From: Okeania sp.
Lineage (GTDB): Bacteria > Cyanobacteriota > Cyanobacteriia > Cyanobacteriales > Microcoleaceae
Reading direction: 5' to 3'
Assembly (NCBI RefSeq): GCF_035285525.1
Contig: NZ_JAYKGW010000215.1
Coordinates: 1 to 26,403, forward strand
DNA: 26,403 nucleotides
Shown here in pieces: positions 17,543-22,774 of the stretch (positions within the stretch are counted from its first letter, which is position 1; every line of letters begins with the position of its first letter). A program made the position numbers and the translations under genes. Under the pieces are notes generated by a model that was not told the origin of the DNA, made no database searches, and was given only the letters and a program-made list of their open reading frames with translations.

Positions 17543-18538
17543 ATGACTACTACTACTCTCTTATTCTCTCCAGTAGAAGCAGATCTACAACTGCTAACAA
17601 ATAACTTAACGGAATTGGTAGGTGCGCGTCATCCCATACTATACGCGGCTGCGGAACACCTATTCCGTGTCCAAGGAAAACGGGTCAGACCAGCTATTGT
17701 CCTATTAATTTCACGAGCTACTATGTCCTCCCGAAGGGAGGCCAGTAAAGGACAGGAGGAAATTAAATCTAAGCATCGTCGTTTAGCAGAAATTACAGAA
17801 ATGATTCATACTGCTAGTTTGGTTCATGATGATATAGTAGATGAATCAGAAATTCGCCGAGGTGTCCCCACCGTTCATAATTTATTTACCAATCGGGTTG
17901 CGGTACTAGCAGGAGATTTCTTATTTGCCCAATCATCTTGGTACTTGGCTAATTTAGATAATCTAGAAGTAGTAAAACTGCTTTCAGAAGTAATTATGGA
18001 CCTTGCGGAGGGAGAAATTCAGCAAGGACTCCATAGATTCGATACTAATTTATCTATCGAAGCATATTTAGAAAAGAGCTATTATAAGACAGCTTCTTTG
18101 ATTGCTAATAGCTCCAAAGCTGCGGCTATTATCAGTGATGTCTCACCAGAACAAGCCCAGAATATGTACTACTATGGTAAATATCTAGGTTTAGCATTCC
18201 AGATAGTAGACGACATATTAGATTTTACTAGCGCTACAGAATCATTAGGAAAACCAGCCTGTTCTGACCTGAAAAGTGGCCACTTGACAGCACCTACATT
18301 GTATGCTATTGCAGAAAAGCCAGGCTTAGAAAAATTACTGGAAAGAGAGTTGGCTCAAGATGGTGATTTAGAAGAGGCCATCCAATTGATTAAGGATAGT
18401 AATGGTATTGCCAGGTCTCAAGAGTTGGCTACTCAACACGCGAAGATGGCGGTTAAACATTTAGATTCTTTGCCAGACTGTGATTCTCGTATCTCTTTGA
18501 TTAATCTTGCTGACTATGTTTTAAGTAGGCTGTATTAA
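17543..18538 (+). CDS. sds: All-trans-nonaprenyl (solanesyl) diphosphate synthase, trans-polyprenyl synthase family
   Basis: This 331-aa ORF has the first Asp-rich motif LVHDDIVDE and the second FQIVDDILDF. GKRVRPAIVLL, AGDFLFAQSSWYLANL and GKPACSDLKSGHLTAP match cyanobacterial plastoquinone-pathway Sds proteins as I remember them. Confidence 0.9.
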   Translation: MTTTTLLFSPVEADLQLLTNNLTELVGARHPILYAAAEHLFRVQGKRVRPAIVLLISRATMSSRREASKGQEEIKSKHRRLAEITEMIHTASLVHDDIVDESEIRRGVPTVHNLFTNRVAVLAGDFLFAQSSWYLANLDNLEVVKLLSEVIMDLAEGEIQQGLHRFDTNLSIEAYLEKSYYKTASLIANSSKAAAIISDVSPEQAQNMYYYGKYLGLAFQIVDDILDFTSATESLGKPACSDLKSGHLTAPTLYAIAEKPGLEKLLERELAQDGDLEEAIQLIKDSNGIARSQELATQHAKMAVKHLDSLPDCDSRISLINLADYVLSRLY

Positions 18539-18561
18539 ATATCACGGGTAATGAATAATGA

Positions 18562-18613
18562 ATAATGAATAATTATTAAACAATATCTGGAGGAATTTTG
18601 CTAGGGTTGGAAG
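18562..18613. repeat. Displaced copy of the last 11 codons, stop and downstream 12-13 nt of the 157-aa ORF (true copy at 19308-19360)
   Basis: aataatgaataattattaaacaatatctggaggaattttgctagggttggaag compares with aataatgaatagttattaagtaatatctggaggaattttgctagggttggaag. They differ at 3 positions and lie 746 bp apart in direct orientation. Confidence 0.85.
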
Positions 18614-18621
18614 CAATAGTA

Positions 18622-19276
18622 GGGGCGGGTTTGAACAGAGATTTCCTTGGTTAATCTCAGATTTACCTAAACCCGCCCTCTTTTCTACAACGTCAAAATA
18701 TGGTATGGGCGTTAAATGTGGGGGGCGGGTTGATGAAAAACCCTAGATGTGGGGGCGGGGGGCGGGTTTTTTTCAGTTTATGAACCTTTCTTAAATCCCT
18801 AGGGAAACCCGCCCCTACAATCCCTGGGGAAACCCGCTTAGTTATTTCAGGGCATCGCTACTTTTGGCAATCAAAAGCCCAGATTATGTTTCGCTCTCTA
18901 CTGATAACTGAAAAAGGGGGGCGGGTTTTTTTCAGTTTATGAACCTTTCTTAAACCCCTAAGGAAACCCGCCCCTACTGTTTCAATTGACAATTAATAAT
19001 TACCTAGGGGCGGGTTTGAACAGAGACTTCCCTGTTTAATCTCAGATTTATCTAAACCCGCCCTCTTGTCTACAACGTCAAAATGTGGTATTGGCGTTAA
19101 ATGTCAGGGGGAGCGGGTTGATGAAAAATTCTGTGGGGGGGCGGATTTTTTTCAGTTTATGAACCTTTCTTAAATCCCTAGGGAAACCCGCCCCTACTAT
19201 TTCAATTGATAATTACTTGGGGGCGGGTTTGAACAGAGATTTCCTTGGTTAATCTCAGATTTACCTAAACCCGCCC
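18622..19276. repeat. Array of six GGGGCGGGTTT...AAACCCGCCC(C) long-loop hairpin elements of two alternating types
   Basis: Type A (loop gaacagagatttccttggttaatctcagatttacct) occurs at 18622-18679, 19007-19063 and 19220-19276. Type B (loop ttttcagtttatgaacctttcttaaatccctaggg) occurs at 18759-18815, 18918-18974 and 19138-19194. The B-A-tail unit repeats with a period of about 215 bp. The array fills the convergent gap between sds and the 157-aa ORF. Confidence 0.85.
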
Positions 19277-19322
19277 TCTTTTCTACAACGTCAAAACGAA
19301 GTTAATCAATAATGAATAGTTA

Positions 19323-19796
19323 TTAAGTAATATCTGGAGGAATTTTGCTAGGGTTGGAAGTAGAGGATGCTTGATACTGCCTAAGATATACGTTTATCAG
19401 TTTTTGGACATCCTCTCTCTTCACCTCGGTGGCGGTTGTTAAATCACCAGCTTTTTCAAAGAAGATCAGGCTATCTAATGGTTGAATTGCTATCATTTGA
19501 AATAGGATATGAATGGTTGGTATTGGTACTGCCACAATGTTGTCTTCGGAAATAGATAATGAGGCATCTTTTAAATTGGGAAAGGCGTAAATAACCCGTT
19601 TTTCTACTCCAGACTTACTTATTAAAGTAGTTAAAACCCAATTTTGTGAGGAAGTTTGCAAGATATAGTATTGCCAATGTTTCAGTTGTTCAGCTAATAG
19701 TTTTAAGCCTGGTGCGATCGCTTCCACAATTTTTGGTGTATTACCATCCTGCGGTGCGTTTTTAATAAGTGTTTGGATTTGTTGTTCTAAGTCCAT
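19323..19796 (-). CDS. Hypothetical protein, 157 aa, divergent from hetZ
   Basis: This clean ORF contains an internal HIP1 site and has no repeat-derived composition. I recognise no family motif. Confidence 0.65.
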   Translation of the reverse strand: MDLEQQIQTLIKNAPQDGNTPKIVEAIAPGLKLLAEQLKHWQYYILQTSSQNWVLTTLISKSGVEKRVIYAFPNLKDASLSISEDNIVAVPIPTIHILFQMIAIQPLDSLIFFEKAGDLTTATEVKREDVQKLINVYLRQYQASSTSNPSKIPPDIT

Positions 19797-19807
19797 AAGA
19801 TTAGGAT

Positions 19808-19836
19808 GTAGGGAGTAGGGAGTAGGGAGTAGGGAA
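19808..19836. repeat. GGGAGTA heptamer array followed by a ~50-nt polypurine tract (19832-19885)
   Basis: gtagggagtagggagtagggagtaggga is followed by ggaagaggaaagagtggggaaggaggaaggagtgggggaggagagag, which is almost pure purine on the plus strand. Confidence 0.9.
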
Positions 19837-19981
19837 GAGGAAAGAGTGGGGAAGGAGGAAGGAGTGGGGGAGGAGAGAGATTTGGGAATGGTTGAAAATA
19901 GAACATTTTTTTCTAGGCAAACCCAGGAACCTTTATAAGTAGATTAGTGCGAGCATGATCCTCGCGCGAGTCTATCTTTCT

Positions 19982-20056
19982 CCCCTACTCCCGTACTCCC
20001 CTACTCCCGTACTCCCCTACTCCCGTACTTCCCTACTCCCTACTCCCTGTTCCCTA
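19982..20056. repeat. TACTCCC / CCCCTACTCCCGTA heptamer-14-mer array upstream of hetZ, inverted relative to 19808-19836
   Basis: cccctactcccgta occurs three times, then cttccctactccctactccctgttcccta. Positions 20030-20048 are a perfect 19-nt complement of part of the left array. Confidence 0.9.
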
Positions 20057-20077
20057 GTTAATTAATTATTATAAAGA

Positions 20078-21241
20078 ATGATGGGGGAAAATTACCCAGT
20101 TAGTCAAGAAATATTCCAGCTACTCCTAGATGAACTTCAACAGTCTACTAATGCTTGTAAACAACAGTGTCAAGAGGTGGCAGAGCGCATTAGACAGGAA
20201 GTAGACAGAATTTGCACAGAAAGTAAAAGAATTCAAGCTACTGGAGAAGTAGGCAAATGGGCTAAGAATTTAGCCCAACATCGCTTGAGACGATGTATAC
20301 ACTACTACAAACTTGGTTCCAGAGAAGGGAGAACAGAACTGCATAGCACCCTCAGTGCTATTGTTTATAGATATATTACTCCTCCCCAAGTCCAATCAAG
20401 TTATCAGGCTAAGGTAAATCTGATAGAGGACTTCCTCCAACAGTTTTATCTGGAGAGTTTAAGTGCGCTTCGGCGAGAGTCTCAACTGCCAGCAAGCTAT
20501 ACCCCTCGTACTTTGTTACAAGTAGCGGAGTACATGGCATTTATTGAACGTTATGGCAAAAGGCGCATTCCCCTGTCTGGTGGTCGCAGTCAACAATTGA
20601 TTATTCTGCGGGCACAAACGTTTTCTCAACAACAACCAAGAGAAACGTCTGTGGATATTGACCAAGCAGCAGAGGGAGCAATTTCTGATTCTGATTCTCG
20701 GCCCGATGGGTCTATGCAGCAGGTACGAGAGGCTATGGTTGCCCAAGACCCTGGTAATGATATTGGTTCTTTGCGTCAGACTGTGATTGCAGAATTAATG
20801 GCCTATCTAGAGGAACGTCAACAACCTGATTGTGCGGACTATTTTGCTCTCCGTTTACAAGATTTGTCTACCGGAGAAATAGAGAAGATATTAGGTCTGA
20901 CTCCTCGACAGAGGGATTATTTACAACAACGGTTTAAATACCACTTACTCAAGTTTGCTATGGGACATCGGTGGGAACTGGTTCATCAATGGTTAGAAGC
21001 AGACCTAGAGCAGAACTTAGGGTTAACTCCCACAGAATGGGAAACTTTGCATCAGCAAATTGATTCGGAACAGCAGAATTTGCTAGAATTAAAGCAACAG
21101 AACCTTTCTGACGAGGCGATCGCTAAGACATTAGGTCGCAAAATTAACCAGGTTAAGAAAAAGTGGTATAGAATACTAGAAATTGCCTGGGAAATACGAA
21201 ATCGTTCAAGTTCCGGAGCAGGGGCATCAACTGATGAATAA
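20078..21241 (+). CDS. hetZ: Heterocyst differentiation regulator HetZ
   Basis: This 387-aa ORF has two C-terminal HTH-like modules, STGEIEKILGLTPRQRDYLQQRF and LSDEAIAKTLGRKINQVKKKWYRI. It is followed, with an 8-nt overlap, by a patU-like gene, matching the hetZ-patU arrangement known from Anabaena and Nostoc. The call rests on synteny plus family resemblance, not on an alignment I could run. Confidence 0.75.
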   Translation: MMGENYPVSQEIFQLLLDELQQSTNACKQQCQEVAERIRQEVDRICTESKRIQATGEVGKWAKNLAQHRLRRCIHYYKLGSREGRTELHSTLSAIVYRYITPPQVQSSYQAKVNLIEDFLQQFYLESLSALRRESQLPASYTPRTLLQVAEYMAFIERYGKRRIPLSGGRSQQLIILRAQTFSQQQPRETSVDIDQAAEGAISDSDSRPDGSMQQVREAMVAQDPGNDIGSLRQTVIAELMAYLEERQQPDCADYFALRLQDLSTGEIEKILGLTPRQRDYLQQRFKYHLLKFAMGHRWELVHQWLEADLEQNLGLTPTEWETLHQQIDSEQQNLLELKQQNLSDEAIAKTLGRKINQVKKKWYRILEIAWEIRNRSSSGAGASTDE

Positions 21242-22271
21242 CGAAACGAATAAACAGGTGGAAACTTTTGAGGAAAAGTTCTTTGATTGGTTATTATCTG
21301 AACCAAATTCTACAGAAATATCAACATTAGGGGGTAGTCGAAAATCTATGGATAAATTGGAAACTGTAATCAGCATTGAAGAACAGTGGTCAGAACTGGA
21401 TCCACTGGAGTCGGAAGAAATAGACTTTTCCTACTATGACGAAGGTCCACCAACTACACTAGGAGAAGTACCAACTGTGTATAATCGTTTCGAGTCATTA
21501 TTAAAAAAACGACTAAAAGCCGAGATAGAGGCTAAACCACCACTATTTCCTTGGGAAAAACCGGGATGCACTATGGAATATCCAGAGGTTGATACGGATT
21601 TATCGAGAACGGTAGATTGGTTTTCCCAGGTTAGTTTGTGGGTATCACAGATAAAAAATATTAAGTGGAGGAACTTATCTTTACCTTTAACGGATTCTGT
21701 GTTTACTGAAATTTTGCAGTCTTGTCAAGAGAAGGCAACTTCTGACCTACTGCCTGGTATTAGGTTGGTTAGAGCTGTAGAGAATTTATTCCCTGGGCAG
21801 TCTCAATCTCTCAATAGTTTAGCTGGGTTAGTATTGTTAGGTCAAGCCCGTGATGGAGAAGTTCCCATACAAGTCGCCAGTTATGATACGGCAACCCCAA
21901 AACAACAAATGTTATTGTCTTTACTGGCAGCTAAAGAAATTTTAGAGTCTTTAACTTTGAATTGTCATTTGAACCAGTCGGTAGTCACCAGAGAATGGGA
22001 AACTACTCTGGGTTGGATTAATATCGAGGCTGAATATTCTATTCCTGAAGACAGTTCTGCTGCATCTTTGAGAATCAAGGGAGAGTTACCAGCAGCAGCA
22101 AGTCTCAAACTGCAAGGTGGAGAAAATCAAACAATTTCTCAAAGTTATGCTCCCGGTACTTTACGAGTGGAAATATTTAACCCTCAACCAGAGCAAAAAT
22201 ATGAACTAACTATTAAGTTATTAGACTGGGAAGAGCCGTTAAAATTTACTGTTTGTCTGAGTAATGGATAA
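21234..22271 (+). CDS. patU: PatU (unsplit PatU5+PatU3 equivalent), heterocyst pattern protein
   Basis: The first ATG is at 21234 (MNNETNKQVETFEEKFFDWLL...) and overlaps the hetZ stop (21239-21241). The 345-aa length is about that expected for an unsplit patU as in Nostoc punctiforme. It contains the PPLFPWEKP motif. The ORF-track start at 21183 is a TTG inside hetZ. Confidence 0.68.
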   Translation: MNNETNKQVETFEEKFFDWLLSEPNSTEISTLGGSRKSMDKLETVISIEEQWSELDPLESEEIDFSYYDEGPPTTLGEVPTVYNRFESLLKKRLKAEIEAKPPLFPWEKPGCTMEYPEVDTDLSRTVDWFSQVSLWVSQIKNIKWRNLSLPLTDSVFTEILQSCQEKATSDLLPGIRLVRAVENLFPGQSQSLNSLAGLVLLGQARDGEVPIQVASYDTATPKQQMLLSLLAAKEILESLTLNCHLNQSVVTREWETTLGWINIEAEYSIPEDSSAASLRIKGELPAAASLKLQGGENQTISQSYAPGTLRVEIFNPQPEQKYELTIKLLDWEEPLKFTVCLSNG

Positions 22272-22497
22272 TGGATAATTGATCATGGATAATGACAACA
22301 ACTACGTCTAAATCTAATTATTAATTTGTTAATTATTAATTGTCAACGCACCTAAGTAAATAATTAACAATGAACATTATCAACAATTAGTCGTTAACTA
22401 TATAATCTCCCTAATTTCTAAATTATAATCAGAAAAACTTCCGGTAATTATTAATTGTTAATTATCAACTTCCCCCCTAATTATTAATTGTTAATTA

Positions 22498-22753
22498 GGG
22501 CTTGCTGAATTATTTATCAAAGTGTTTACGAGCATTGCTTTCAGCATTTATAGACACTAATAAAGTACCAGCTTTTAGGTGATTCGAGCTTAAAAATATA
22601 GGATTTTGGGCATTTCGAGGGGTAAAAAATTAGAGTAAGATTCTTCTGGCTACCTCTTCTATGATTATTATTCCTCCTGGGTTCTGCATTCTAGATTTTG
22701 GCTCCTCCCCTCAAATAAAAAACTTTTACGGTTCCCGATAAATCAGCAAAACC
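22498..22753. mobile_element. MITE-like element, family A, 256 bp, inserted 21 nt upstream of the TgpA-like start codon
   Basis: The left end is gggcttgctgaattatttatc. The right end is acggttcccgataaatcagcaaaacc, whose reverse complement is ggttttgctgatttatcgggaaccgt. It has the internal motif taaagtaccagcttttag and no ORF. Confidence 0.6.
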
Positions 22754-22774
22754 TAATTATCAACCACTCTAAAG

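Noticed and set aside
18622-19276. GC-rich repeat array considered as a CRISPR array or as a stack of intrinsic terminators
   Set aside because: The spacing is irregular and the inter-repeat segments are themselves repeated, so it is not CRISPR. The hairpins have ~35-40-nt loops and lack a 3' U-tract on either strand, so classical intrinsic termination is not supported.
19912-19931. TCTAGGCAAACCCAGGAACC upstream of hetZ as a possible HetR-binding site
   Set aside because: It only loosely resembles the HetR boxes I recall (core GAGGGGTCTAACCCCTC at hetP, and a GGGTCAAGCCCAG-type site at hetZ of PCC 7120). The dyad symmetry is poor, and the distance to the ATG differs from the PCC 7120 case. 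This is too weak to call without comparison or binding data.
21183-21233. Upstream TTG start for patU given by the ORF track
   Set aside because: It would overlap hetZ by 59 nt. The first ATG (21234) gives the classic ATGA-type overlap and a plausible N-terminus.
20516-21306. 76-aa (20516-20746) and 84-aa (21052-21306) ORFs on the minus strand
   Set aside because: Both are antisense to hetZ or the hetZ-patU junction. They have no independent support.
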